The notes: generated by a model not told the origin, from the sequence alone. Numbered from the stretch's first letter, positions 28,241 to 37,554 are shown. The stretch: DNA of 64,000 bases from Selenomonadaceae bacterium (GCA_036733925.1 DAIMZO010000001.1:31605-95604); one strand, 5' to 3'. Numbers and translations are program-made.

Positions 28241-28888
28241 ATGTCCTATGTATCGGGATTCATGATGGGGGCGGCCATCGGCAAGGGGCTCCGTCAGATG
28301 TTTGCCGGCGCGCCGGCGAGGACGGAACAGGCAGGAAGGAAGGCGCTGGCTGCAGGGAAACGCACGGTGAAAAGCGGCGTGCAGAAAGGCGTGCAGAAGC
28401 TCGCGGGCGAAAAGGCGCTGCAGCTCGTCGCGAGCCTGCCGGGCCGCCGCCGCTACCGTGCGAAGGCGATTTCGCCGGAGCTCGCCATCCTGCTCGAGGT
28501 CAAGCTCGGAGAGCTCGGCTATATCAAGACGGTGTCCGTCAGCGCAACGACGGGCAGTATCCTGCTGACGTTCGACCCGTCGGCCGCGGATCGCGTAGAC
28601 CGGCTCGCGTTCTGGCTCGAGATCAATATCTTCTCGGCGGTGCGGTCAGGGAATTTCCTGGACGAGCGCCATGCGGGGGCTGTCACGCGCAGCATCCGGC
28701 ATTCTGCGCGGAACCTGTCGTCGTGGATGAAGGATCACACAGGTGGCACGCTTGACCTGTCGGCCCTTGCGGCGGTGATCTTCATGATCCGCGGTATGCG
28801 GAAAATGCTTATGTATAATCAGAACCCATCGGGCCCGCAGATGCTCTGGTGGGCGTTGTCGTTGCTGAGAGGATGGCGAACCGTATGA
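28241..28888 (+). CDS. HMA2-like domain protein with C-terminal membrane segment
   Basis: LPGRRRYRAK...TTGSILLTFDP repeats the motif of the previous ORF. Has a hydrophobic C-terminus. GAGGAGG RBS before ATG 28241. Confidence 0.65.
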   Translation: MSYVSGFMMGAAIGKGLRQMFAGAPARTEQAGRKALAAGKRTVKSGVQKGVQKLAGEKALQLVASLPGRRRYRAKAISPELAILLEVKLGELGYIKTVSVSATTGSILLTFDPSAADRVDRLAFWLEINIFSAVRSGNFLDERHAGAVTRSIRHSARNLSSWMKDHTGGTLDLSALAAVIFMIRGMRKMLMYNQNPSGPQMLWWALSLLRGWRTV

Positions 28889-30984
28889 AATACGGAACTT
28901 GCTGCATGAATCTGGGCCTCGCCCTGCCACGCGAGGAGCGGGCGAGGATGGCGGCGGAGATCCGCCGCTTCCGCTCGGTAAAGGCGGTGTCGGTCGAGGA
29001 AAGGCGCGTGCGCATCTGGTACGTTGGCGCATTGCCCATCGAGCGTATCCGCTCCCTGGTCCTCGCGGATTTGCACCGCGTCAAAGAGGCGTCGGTGACG
29101 CCGGCGGAGCGCCTTGCGGAATACCGGCGCGACGCGCTGGTCTCGCTCGCGGTATTCGCGGGCATGCAGATCGTGAAGCGCGCCGCGCCGCAGCTTTTCG
29201 TCGGGACGAAGATCCTGCGCTCGGCGGTCACGCTGGCCATCGCGCGCAAATTCATCCATAACGGCGTGCACGGCATGATTGCGGACCGCCAGCCGAATGC
29301 AGACACGCTGACGGCGACGGCGGTCATCGCGTCGGTGCTCGCGGGCAAGCCGGAGTCGAGCCTGACGCTCCTGACGCTGAGCAACGGCGCGGAGATGCTG
29401 ACGAGCTACGCCGCGGAACGCGCGCGCACGCAGATTTCCGGCCTGCTGTCGCTCGATCAGCGCTTCGTCTGGCTCGTCGGGCCGGACGGCGTCGAGCGGA
29501 AGGTACCGGTCGAGCAGGTCAAGGCGGGCGATACGATTTCGGCGCATACCGGCGAGAAGATTGTCGTCGATGGCCGCGTGCGCTCGGGCGACGCCGCCAT
29601 CAATCAGGCGTCCATCACGGGCGAGTCGAACCCCGCGATGAAGCAGAAGGGTTCGCCCGTCTACGCCGGCTCGGTCGTCGAGGCCGGCGAGCTCGTGATC
29701 CGCGTCGAGAAGGTCGGCAAGGATACGAGCCTCGCGCATATCGTGCACCTCGTCGAAGAGGCGCAGAACCGCAAGGCGCCGGTGCAGAATTTCGCGGATC
29801 AGATGGCGAACTTCCTCGTGCCGGTCTCGTTCATCGCGGCGGCTATCGTCTACGGCGCGACGCGCGACTGGCAGCGCGTGCTGAACCTGCTGTTCATCGA
29901 TTTTTCTTGCGGGCTGAAGCTCTCGACGGCGACGGCAATCTCGGCGGCGATCTCGGCGGCGGCAAAGCGCGGCATCCTCGTCAAGGGCGGCAACTACATC
30001 GAGGCGCTCGCCGAGACGGATACGGTCGTCCTCGACAAGACGGGGACGCTGACCATCGGTATCCCGCAAATCTCGTTCATCAAGACGGCGAAGGGCGTCG
30101 ACGAGAAGGAGATGATCCTGCTTGCAGCGTCGGCGGAGGAGCACTCCGTGCATCCGCTCGCCGTGGCCATCCAGAAATACGTCAAGGAAAAGGATTGGCA
30201 GGTGCCGCAGCATCTCTCGTCGAAGACGGTGGTCGCGCGCGGCATGCTCGCCGAGGTGCCGGACTTCGAAGGCTATTCCGGCGGCACAATCCGCGTCGGC
30301 TCGAAGAAATTCCTGCGTGAGAACGGCGTGAAGGATGAGGAAGCGCTCGACGCCGAGCTCGCGGGCAAGAACCTCCTGTACGTCGCCCGTGACCAGAAAC
30401 TGCTCGGCGTCATCGGCATCGAGGATCCGATCCGCCCGAACATGAAGAAGACCTTGAACCAGATGCGCCGCCATGGCATCGACGAGATCGTCATGCTGAC
30501 CGGGGACTCGAAGGCCGTCGCGGCGGAAGTCGCGCGCGATATGGATATCGATTCGTACTGCGCGGAGATCCTGCCGGAGGATAAGTCCAGCTATGTCAAC
30601 AAGCTCAAGCAGGGCGGCACGGTCATGATGGTCGGCGACGGCGTCAACGACGCGCCGGCGCTCGCGTTCGCGGATGTCGGCGTCTCGCTCGGCGGCCGCC
30701 AGACCGATATCGCGGCGGATTCCGCGGCGGTCACGATTCATACGGAGGATCCGGAGAAGCTTATGGAGGCGCTGGAACTCGGCCGCCGTACGATGCGGCT
30801 GGTGCATCAGAACTTCCGCGCGACGATCCTCGTGAACTCCGCCGCGATGATGCTCGGCGCGCTCGGGCGCATCAATCCGCTCTGGGCCGCGGTCATCCAC
30901 AACACGGCGACGCTTGCCGTCGTGCTGAACAGCTGCCGCATCCTGCGCACGCCGCGGCGCGGTTTCGCGCATCGGCGGGTCTGA
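28885..30984 (+). CDS. P1B-type (heavy-metal) P-type ATPase with non-canonical SCG transmembrane motif
   Basis: DKTGTLT (30034-30048), TGDS and GDGVNDAPAL motifs are present. The position of the CPC/CPx motif reads FSCGLKLSTA (SCG at 29905-29913). ATGA-coupled start at 28885. Confidence 0.9.
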   Translation: MKYGTCCMNLGLALPREERARMAAEIRRFRSVKAVSVEERRVRIWYVGALPIERIRSLVLADLHRVKEASVTPAERLAEYRRDALVSLAVFAGMQIVKRAAPQLFVGTKILRSAVTLAIARKFIHNGVHGMIADRQPNADTLTATAVIASVLAGKPESSLTLLTLSNGAEMLTSYAAERARTQISGLLSLDQRFVWLVGPDGVERKVPVEQVKAGDTISAHTGEKIVVDGRVRSGDAAINQASITGESNPAMKQKGSPVYAGSVVEAGELVIRVEKVGKDTSLAHIVHLVEEAQNRKAPVQNFADQMANFLVPVSFIAAAIVYGATRDWQRVLNLLFIDFSCGLKLSTATAISAAISAAAKRGILVKGGNYIEALAETDTVVLDKTGTLTIGIPQISFIKTAKGVDEKEMILLAASAEEHSVHPLAVAIQKYVKEKDWQVPQHLSSKTVVARGMLAEVPDFEGYSGGTIRVGSKKFLRENGVKDEEALDAELAGKNLLYVARDQKLLGVIGIEDPIRPNMKKTLNQMRRHGIDEIVMLTGDSKAVAAEVARDMDIDSYCAEILPEDKSSYVNKLKQGGTVMMVGDGVNDAPALAFADVGVSLGGRQTDIAADSAAVTIHTEDPEKLMEALELGRRTMRLVHQNFRATILVNSAAMMLGALGRINPLWAAVIHNTATLAVVLNSCRILRTPRRGFAHRRV

Positions 30985-31140
30985 TCCGGATCTCCTTTTT
31001 TGTCGTCGATTCCGTCGCGGGAAAAAAGGAAATCCGCGGTTCCCTGTCGAATCTTAACGGCATGAGAAGATGCGAGGGGAAATCCCCGAATTTCTGCAGG
31101 CCGCTCATTGGCGCGGCCCCGATGATGGAGTGACTTGCTT

Positions 31141-31569
31141 ATGGCTGGGAAACTGAAGAACTGCCCGATCTGCGGCAAACTGTATATGGATACGGGCCTG
31201 CATGTCTGCAGGGACTGCTACGACAAGCGAGAGAAGATGGAGTCGGAGATCATCAATTTCGTGCGCGACAACCCGAACTCGACCGTGCCGGAAATCATCG
31301 ACGCGACCGGTGCCAGCGAGAAGCTCATCAAAGAGATGATCCGGCAGGGCCGCTTCATCCAGATTGGCGTGAAGATGACCTATCCGTGCAAGAAATGCGG
31401 CGCGCCAATCATGACGGGCGAGATCTGCAAGTCCTGCATGGCGGAAATGCAGAAAGATCTGCAGGCGCAGGCCGCGAAGATCACGGCGGCCAAGCAGGCG
31501 GAGAAAGAGCGTCGCCAGCGTGGCATGTATTCACTGCATGAAAACCGGAAAAGTAACCGGAAAAAGTAA
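31141..31569 (+). CDS. yvyF: flagellar-region zinc-ribbon protein (YvyF family)
   Basis: CPICGK...CRDC and CKKCG...CKSC Cys pairs. Sits immediately upstream of flgM as in Bacillus. Confidence 0.75.
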   Translation: MAGKLKNCPICGKLYMDTGLHVCRDCYDKREKMESEIINFVRDNPNSTVPEIIDATGASEKLIKEMIRQGRFIQIGVKMTYPCKKCGAPIMTGEICKSCMAEMQKDLQAQAAKITAAKQAEKERRQRGMYSLHENRKSNRKK

Positions 31570-31579
31570 CCGGAAAAGG
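31543..31579 (+). repeat. 12/13-nt tandem repeat (AACCGGAAAA(A)GT) x3 spanning the yvyF stop codon
   Basis: Copies at 31543-31554, 31555-31567 (one extra A) and 31568-31579. The TAA stop at 31567-31569 straddles the junction of copies 2 and 3. Confidence 0.8.
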
Positions 31580-31605
31580 AACTGAAAAAAAGGAACAAAA
31601 GAGAG

Positions 31606-31641
31606 AAAAAGGGCGCGAGGCTTAAGTCTTGCGCCCTTTTT
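31606..31641 (+). terminator. rho-independent terminator after yvyF
   Basis: AAAAAGGGCGCGAG-loop-CTTGCGCCCTTTTT. Confidence 0.7.
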
Positions 31642-31649
31642 CTCGATAC
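31623..31649 (+). promoter_or_regulatory. candidate sigma-28 (SigD/FliA) promoter for flgM operon: TAAG-N15-CTCGATAC
   Basis: Shares the GCTTAAGTCTT box with the flagellin promoter. The -10 matches 5 of 8 positions of GCCGATAA. Embedded in the descending arm of the yvyF terminator. Confidence 0.4.
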
Positions 31650-31693
31650 AGTTACTAGGAAAACGATTTATTTCTTTTAAGGTGGTGAGGGTT

Positions 31694-31975
31694 ATGACCA
31701 TCAATCATGGAATTCAGGCGGTATCGAGCGTCTACGCGAATACGCCGGTTTCGTCGGCCGCGCGCAAGACACCGGCGGCGAAGGCACGGGCGCAGGGCGA
31801 TGAATTCGTCGTGTCGAACGAGGCGAAGAGCTTCAGCAGCATGCTCGAGGAACTGCGGAACATGGATGAAGTCCGCGAGGATAAGGTCGCGGCGGTCACG
31901 CAGCAGATCGAGGCGGGAACATATTCGGTCTCGTCGGAAAATGTTGCGGCAAGCCTTTTACATGCGAGATTCTAA
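31694..31975 (+). CDS. flgM: anti-sigma-28 factor FlgM
   Basis: 93 aa. The C-terminal VREDKVAAVTQQIEAGTYSVSSENVAASLL is the FlgM signature. Confidence 0.85.
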   Translation: MTINHGIQAVSSVYANTPVSSAARKTPAAKARAQGDEFVVSNEAKSFSSMLEELRNMDEVREDKVAAVTQQIEAGTYSVSSENVAASLLHARF

Positions 31976-31993
31976 GGCAGAGGTGATACCGTT

Positions 31994-32479
31994 ATGTGGC
32001 GTGAACTCATCGTGCTGCTCCAGCAGATCCGCGATGCCTATGCAAGGAGCATCGAAATCGGGAAAAAGAAGCACAATGCCCTCGTCGGGCTGGATTTCCG
32101 GGCACTGGACGAACTGAACAAGCAGGAAGAGAAGCTCACCGGTGAGATCCGTCAGCTCGAGGAGAAACGCCTGAAATTGATGGCGGAGCTCTCCAAGGAG
32201 CAGGCCGGTATCGAACAGGACATCAAGCTCAGCCGGCTGATCGCGAAGCTTCCGTCTGGTCCGATCCGTTCGTCGCTCTATACGCTTTACGCGGAGCTTT
32301 CGAAAAAGGTCAAGGCGGCCAAACAGCTTTCGGACGACAACCGTGTGCTGATTCGCGCGGCTATGTCGGCGGTTTCCTACCATCTGAACCGCGTCGGCGG
32401 CGTGCGCGCGAACTCCACGTACGGTAGCGGCGGCGATGAGGGCGGTACGCAGCGGCGGAATCTGGACTTTCACGCATAA
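31994..32479 (+). CDS. flgN: FlgN-family flagellar export chaperone
   Basis: 161 aa helical protein. The LL..I......IE.GK.K..AL.. pattern and the position after flgM fit FlgN. Confidence 0.8.
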   Translation: MWRELIVLLQQIRDAYARSIEIGKKKHNALVGLDFRALDELNKQEEKLTGEIRQLEEKRLKLMAELSKEQAGIEQDIKLSRLIAKLPSGPIRSSLYTLYAELSKKVKAAKQLSDDNRVLIRAAMSAVSYHLNRVGGVRANSTYGSGGDEGGTQRRNLDFHA

Positions 32480-32518
32480 GATGTAGAGCTGATTCCGGAT
32501 CAGAAAGGAGGCTATGGG

Positions 32519-33040
32519 ATGGAGCAAGGAGAAAAAACGGGGGGGGAGGCATCGGCCTATGGTGTGGATGCCGATACGGATGCCGTTTCCCTGCTTTACC
32601 AGCAGCTCGGGCTCCTGAACGATGCCTCGGCGCGGGTAAAGGCCTTGCAGGAAACGCTGAAGCACAGCACATCCGGCAAGGGCGTGCGCGAAGCGGTCAA
32701 GGAGCTCGAGAAGAGCCTGACAGGGCTGTTTTCGTTTGAAAAGGTACAAGAAGCGTTCCTGCGGCAGCGAGGCTTCCATGCGATGAGCGACAGTCTTGCG
32801 GCACTGCCGTTGGCAAGACAGGCGGCCACGCAGAAGCTCCTGCGCGCGAATGCCGCGCTCGAGCGGCGGCTGCGCAGGCAGCTCGTCAGCGCGCAGACCC
32901 TCCTGCAGCACAGCAAGGAGTTTGTCGACTTCCACGTCAACGTCATGAATCAGGCACAGGCGAGCGAGACCTACGCGCCGCCGGGTGCCGCAACCATAGA
33001 GAATCCCCGCGGCGTCAAGATGTTTGACGCCAATGTTTAA
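32519..33040 (+). CDS. second FlgN-like helical protein (hypothetical)
   Basis: 173 aa, AAGGAGG RBS. C-terminus (SETY...G...MFDANV) parallels the flgN C-terminus (NSTYGSGG...LDFHA). Contains a G8 homopolymer at 32539-32546. Confidence 0.55.
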   Translation: MEQGEKTGGEASAYGVDADTDAVSLLYQQLGLLNDASARVKALQETLKHSTSGKGVREAVKELEKSLTGLFSFEKVQEAFLRQRGFHAMSDSLAALPLARQAATQKLLRANAALERRLRRQLVSAQTLLQHSKEFVDFHVNVMNQAQASETYAPPGAATIENPRGVKMFDANV

Positions 33041-33063
33041 GAAAGAAAGTATAGGTGACCGAA

Positions 33064-34812
33064 ATGCGTTCAACCTTTGCCGGACTCAACACGATGGTGC
33101 GCGGCATCAACGCGAACCAGGTTTCTCTCGATACCGTCGGGCATAACATCACGAATGCGGCGACAACCGGCTATTCCCGTCAGAGCGTGAACCTCGTGGC
33201 GGCGAAGTCGCAGTCGTATCCGACCGTTAACGGAGACGCACGCGTCGGCTCGGGCGTAGAGTCTCTCTCCATCACGCGCGCGCGCAACGTCTACGCGGAC
33301 AAGCAGTACTGGGCTGAGACGGCGACGCAGAACTATTATTCGACGACGCAGACCAACTACGATAAGGTCGAGGCCATTTTCGATGACTCGGATAAGACAG
33401 GCATCCAGAACGCCCTATCGGAGTTCTACAACGCCCTGCAGGATCTCTCGACCGGCGCGAGCACGGCGAGCAACCGCACCGCGGTCGTCGAGAAAGCGAC
33501 GAACTTCGTCGACAAGGTGCAGACGGCGGCCGAACAGATGCAGTCGCAGATCAAGTCGCAGTACGATGACCTGTCGAGCGCGGTGACGGATGTCAACTCA
33601 ATCACGGAGCAGATTGTCGAGCTGAACAAGAACATCATGACGACCGAGGCCAATGGTGCGTCGGCAAACGACCTGCGCGACCAGCGCGATCTGCTCGTCG
33701 ATAAATTGTCGAAATACACGAGCGTCAATGTCTATGAGAGTTCGGACGGCATGTATTCCGTCGTGTCGAACGGCATCACGCTCGTCGGCGGCGTCAACCG
33801 CCTGACGCTCCAGATGTCGGATCCGATCAGCAACGCGGATTACGGCATCAACGACTACAACATCCAGATCAAGGAGTCCGGCATCAACTTCATGCCGACG
33901 AACGGCACGATGAAGGCCCTGCAGGACACAATCGCCGAGGACAAAGGGTATATCGATGATCTGTCGGCGATTTCCGGCACGTTCCTGACGACGTTCAACA
34001 ACATCCATCAGCAGGGCGCCGGCATCGACGGCTCGGATTCGGAGCTCGGTAAAAGCGGTGGCCCGTCGTTCGGGCTGAACTTCTTCGGCGACGATGATAC
34101 GGTCTACCAGTGGGATGATACGAAGCAGGCCGTCACGGCGACGAAGCTCAGCAGCATCCAGCGCACGATCGAGCCGCAGAAGGGCAAGGTCTCCAACGCG
34201 TCAATCACCGTGAATATCACCGGTAAGGTCGATAGCACGCAGGAGCTCAAGGGCATCAACATCATCAAGGCGCTTGGCGTCAACACGGCCATCAAGGCGG
34301 ACAACAACAAGATTGCGGCACGCATCTTCCAGGTCACGCAGGACGTGACCTCCACAGGGGCGAACGCCGGCACCTATTCGGCCTCGCTGAACGGCACGGC
34401 CGACGGCACGAACGCGGTCAACTTCGCGAGCGTCATCAACATGGAGCAGAAGAATGTCTCGAATACGGCGACGGTCAAGCTGAACGGCAAGGCAGTCAAC
34501 ACCGTGACGGACGGCGCGGACACGACGACCGAGCGCATGATCGGCAAGAACTCCATCAACGCCTACTACAACGCGATGATGAGCCAGCTCGGCAGCGACT
34601 CCGAGTCGATGGACGACAAGGCGGACGCGCAGGATGACCTCGTCGAGCAGATCACGGACTGGCGCTCGTCGACCTCTGGCGTCGACTGGAACGAGGAGCT
34701 CTCGAACATGATCATGTTCCAGCAGGGCTACAGCGCGTGCTCGCGCTGCCTGACGACGATGGACGAGATGCTCGACCGGCTCGTCAACAACACCGGTACG
34801 GTCGGCAGGTAA
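33064..34812 (+). CDS. flgK: flagellar hook-associated protein 1 FlgK
   Basis: MRSTFAGLNTMVRGINANQVSLDTVGHNITNA N-terminus and SGVDWNEELSNMIMFQQGYSA C-terminus. Confidence 0.9.
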   Translation: MRSTFAGLNTMVRGINANQVSLDTVGHNITNAATTGYSRQSVNLVAAKSQSYPTVNGDARVGSGVESLSITRARNVYADKQYWAETATQNYYSTTQTNYDKVEAIFDDSDKTGIQNALSEFYNALQDLSTGASTASNRTAVVEKATNFVDKVQTAAEQMQSQIKSQYDDLSSAVTDVNSITEQIVELNKNIMTTEANGASANDLRDQRDLLVDKLSKYTSVNVYESSDGMYSVVSNGITLVGGVNRLTLQMSDPISNADYGINDYNIQIKESGINFMPTNGTMKALQDTIAEDKGYIDDLSAISGTFLTTFNNIHQQGAGIDGSDSELGKSGGPSFGLNFFGDDDTVYQWDDTKQAVTATKLSSIQRTIEPQKGKVSNASITVNITGKVDSTQELKGINIIKALGVNTAIKADNNKIAARIFQVTQDVTSTGANAGTYSASLNGTADGTNAVNFASVINMEQKNVSNTATVKLNGKAVNTVTDGADTTTERMIGKNSINAYYNAMMSQLGSDSESMDDKADAQDDLVEQITDWRSSTSGVDWNEELSNMIMFQQGYSACSRCLTTMDEMLDRLVNNTGTVGR

Positions 34813-34834
34813 CAGACAGCAGAGGTGAGAGAAA

Positions 34835-36184
34835 ATGGCAATCCGGGTAGCAAGCACCCAGAACGTTTATAACTACCAGAAATCGTTGAACGAGGCGAGC
34901 AAGCGGCAGTCGGATCTCTTGGAGCAGGGCGACGGCAGCAAGCTGCACCGCCCGTCTGACGACAGCGTGGCCTATGCGAAATATCTGCGTTATCAGATTT
35001 CGGATAACGAGAACACGCAGTATCAGGAGAACGTCGATACGGCGATTTCCTGGATGAAGACGTCGGACTCGGCACTGGTCAGCATGACGGATATCCAGAC
35101 GACGTTCAAGGAAAAGACAGTTTCCGCGGCGAACGAAACGAACAACACGAACGACATGCAGGCCATCGCCAAAGAGATGATGGCCGAGATCCAGCAGCTC
35201 GTTTCGCTAGGCAACACGCAGCAGGGTGACCGCTATGTGTTCGCGGGGCAGAGCGATACGACGATGCCGTTCGCGATGTCCGTGGACGAGGTCGACCGCG
35301 GCCTCGCAAAGACGCTTTCCGATAAGCAGTCCGCGTATTTCACGAATGCGGACGATGCGGGAACCGTGCAGCAGATGCTGACGCTGAGCGGCAGCGATGG
35401 CAACACCTACTACCTCAACACGAAAGACGGCTATATCTACACGAAGGATTTCGTCGAGAGCGGCTATCAGGACAAGGTGGCGAAGGATGCCAACGCGACG
35501 GTTGACCATAGCAAGGATGCGGTCGGGCAACTGACGGGCTGGGACACGGCAAAAGGTGGCACGGAAAAGGTTTCGAAATATTTCCACAACACTGGCGAGA
35601 TCATCGACAGCACGAAGGAGCTTTCCGGTGCGACGAACGTCGGCTCCGGCGATGTCAGCAAACTGACGTTCAAGTTCGCGACGGTCAAGCAGAAAATCGT
35701 CACCTATAACGGCGACGAGAACGGCATCTCGATGGTCAAGAAGAACGGCACGACAGAGCCGACCTCCGATACGATCAATGTGACCGGCTCGGATATCTGG
35801 GGGAAGGATATCTTCGATGACGCGAACTCCGGCAACTCGACTTCCGGCACGGCGATGCTCAACGAGATGCTGACGGTCTGTTCGAAGGTCAGCGCCGATG
35901 ACCACAGCTGGCTTTCCGGCGATGGGCAGACGATTTCCGATCAGGCGCACGCGACGACCGTCAACACGGAGACGAAGCTCGGCGCCCGCCAGCAGCTCTA
36001 CACGTCGGTCAAGACGATGCTCGGCAACCAGAACGAGAACATCACGAACGATATCACGACGGTCAGCTCGACGGATGTCGCGCAGCTCTCCGTGAAGCTC
36101 ATGGAGGAGACGACCATCTACAATATGAGTCTCGCGCTCGGCGCCCGCCTGCTGCCGTCCAGCCTCGCGGATTACCTGTCTTAA
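34835..36184 (+). CDS. flgL: flagellar hook-associated protein 3 FlgL (long variant)
   Basis: Flagellin-like N- and C-terminal helices (RPSDDSVAYAKYLRY ... LSVKLMEETTIYNMSLALGARLLPSSLADYL) with an enlarged central domain. Confidence 0.85.
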   Translation: MAIRVASTQNVYNYQKSLNEASKRQSDLLEQGDGSKLHRPSDDSVAYAKYLRYQISDNENTQYQENVDTAISWMKTSDSALVSMTDIQTTFKEKTVSAANETNNTNDMQAIAKEMMAEIQQLVSLGNTQQGDRYVFAGQSDTTMPFAMSVDEVDRGLAKTLSDKQSAYFTNADDAGTVQQMLTLSGSDGNTYYLNTKDGYIYTKDFVESGYQDKVAKDANATVDHSKDAVGQLTGWDTAKGGTEKVSKYFHNTGEIIDSTKELSGATNVGSGDVSKLTFKFATVKQKIVTYNGDENGISMVKKNGTTEPTSDTINVTGSDIWGKDIFDDANSGNSTSGTAMLNEMLTVCSKVSADDHSWLSGDGQTISDQAHATTVNTETKLGARQQLYTSVKTMLGNQNENITNDITTVSSTDVAQLSVKLMEETTIYNMSLALGARLLPSSLADYLS

Positions 36185-36255
36185 AACCGCGTGACGCGGC
36201 CCCGCTTTCATGCTAAAATGAAAGCGGGATATCCCATGGAAGGGAGATGAAGCCA

Positions 36256-36834
36256 ATGGAATACCTGAACATCCGCCTGACGCAGCCGATGATCGGCATG
36301 CACACGCAGCTCGGCCAGCTCGAGGCGCATTCGACGCCGGCCCGCCTGCATTCGGAGAACCGTCAGGCCCGCTCGAACGTCGGTATCGAGCAGTCATCGA
36401 TTTCCATTGATACCTATCCGAGCCGCCATTCCTACGGCTTCACGGATCATGCCGATTTTGCGAAGGAACACGGGGAGCAGGGCTTCTCGGATCTTGCGGA
36501 ATCGACGTCCGGTCACACGCAGGAAGCGTGGAACTATATCGACAATGCGGCGCGCCCCGGCAGCGACGAGCCGGCCGCGACGTATACGCGCGAGGTATGG
36601 TCGCAGCTCAAGAAGCAGCGGTATATCGTCGCGAACCTCATCCCCAATCCCGAGATACACGGGACACCAGCGAAGGTCGTCGGTGATATTGACCCTGGCG
36701 ATGTCACGGTCGACATCGATACCGACGCGTTCGCGCAGACGCACTTCACACCAGGGCAGGTGGAAGTCTATATGAAACAGAAAGGCGAAGTTCGCCAATG
36801 GGTCACGGAAGGCCATTACGATATTTATGCCTGA
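36256..36834 (+). CDS. YviE-like (DUF6470-type) flagellar-region protein
   Basis: Sits between flgL and fliW as yviE does in Bacillus. ATG 36256 is better spaced from GGGAG than ATG 36247. Confidence 0.55.
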   Translation: MEYLNIRLTQPMIGMHTQLGQLEAHSTPARLHSENRQARSNVGIEQSSISIDTYPSRHSYGFTDHADFAKEHGEQGFSDLAESTSGHTQEAWNYIDNAARPGSDEPAATYTREVWSQLKKQRYIVANLIPNPEIHGTPAKVVGDIDPGDVTVDIDTDAFAQTHFTPGQVEVYMKQKGEVRQWVTEGHYDIYA

Positions 36835-36873
36835 CGCAGGGCGCCGGGCAGATGATGGAGGCGTAACAGAACA

Positions 36874-37323
36874 ATGAGCAGAAAGGTGCATACGCTCCGC
36901 TTCGGTGACATTACCATCGACGAGGACAAGGTCATTCATTTCGAGGAAGGCATCCCGGCCTTCGAGGACGAACACGAGTTCGCAATCATCCCCTACGATG
37001 ACGCGAGCCCCTATGTGTTCCTGCAGTCGCTTTCGACGCCGGATCTCGCATTCCTGATGACCGTGCCGTTCGTCTTTTTCCCGGATTACGAGTTCGAGCT
37101 CGATGACGCGAACCAGCAGAAACTCGGCCTTGAGAAAGAGGAGGATCTGCTGATCTACACCTTGCTGACGATTCCCGCTGGCAAGGTGGCGGACATGACG
37201 GCAAACCTCATGGCCCCAATCGTCATCAATGCGCAGACGAAGCAGGCTAAGCAGGTCGTGCTCGAGAACAGCCCATATACGACAAAGCACAGGCTTTTCC
37301 AGAACAAGAAAGAGGAGGCCTGA
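36874..37323 (+). CDS. fliW: flagellar assembly factor FliW
   Basis: ITIDEDKVIHFEEGIPAFEDEHEFAIIP motif. Adjacent to csrA. Confidence 0.9.
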   Translation: MSRKVHTLRFGDITIDEDKVIHFEEGIPAFEDEHEFAIIPYDDASPYVFLQSLSTPDLAFLMTVPFVFFPDYEFELDDANQQKLGLEKEEDLLIYTLLTIPAGKVADMTANLMAPIVINAQTKQAKQVVLENSPYTTKHRLFQNKKEEA

Positions 37324-37326
37324 GGT

Positions 37327-37554
37327 ATGCTCGTATTGACTCGTAAACCCAAACAGCAGATCATGATCGGCGAGAACATCGTCATCAACATCGTCGAGGT
37401 GCAGGGCGACAACGTCCGCATCGCCATCGACGCGCCGCGGGAGGTCAAGATCTACCGCGGGGAGATATACCGTGCCATTCAGGAGGAGAACAAGCAGGCG
37501 GCTGTGCAGGTACCAAAGGATTTGGATCTGAGCAGCGCGTTGCCGAAGAAGTAA
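37327..37554 (+). CDS. csrA: carbon storage regulator CsrA
   Basis: MLVLTRKPKQQIMIGENIVINIVEVQGDNVRIAIDAPREVKIYRGEIY. Confidence 0.95.
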   Translation: MLVLTRKPKQQIMIGENIVINIVEVQGDNVRIAIDAPREVKIYRGEIYRAIQEENKQAAVQVPKDLDLSSALPKK

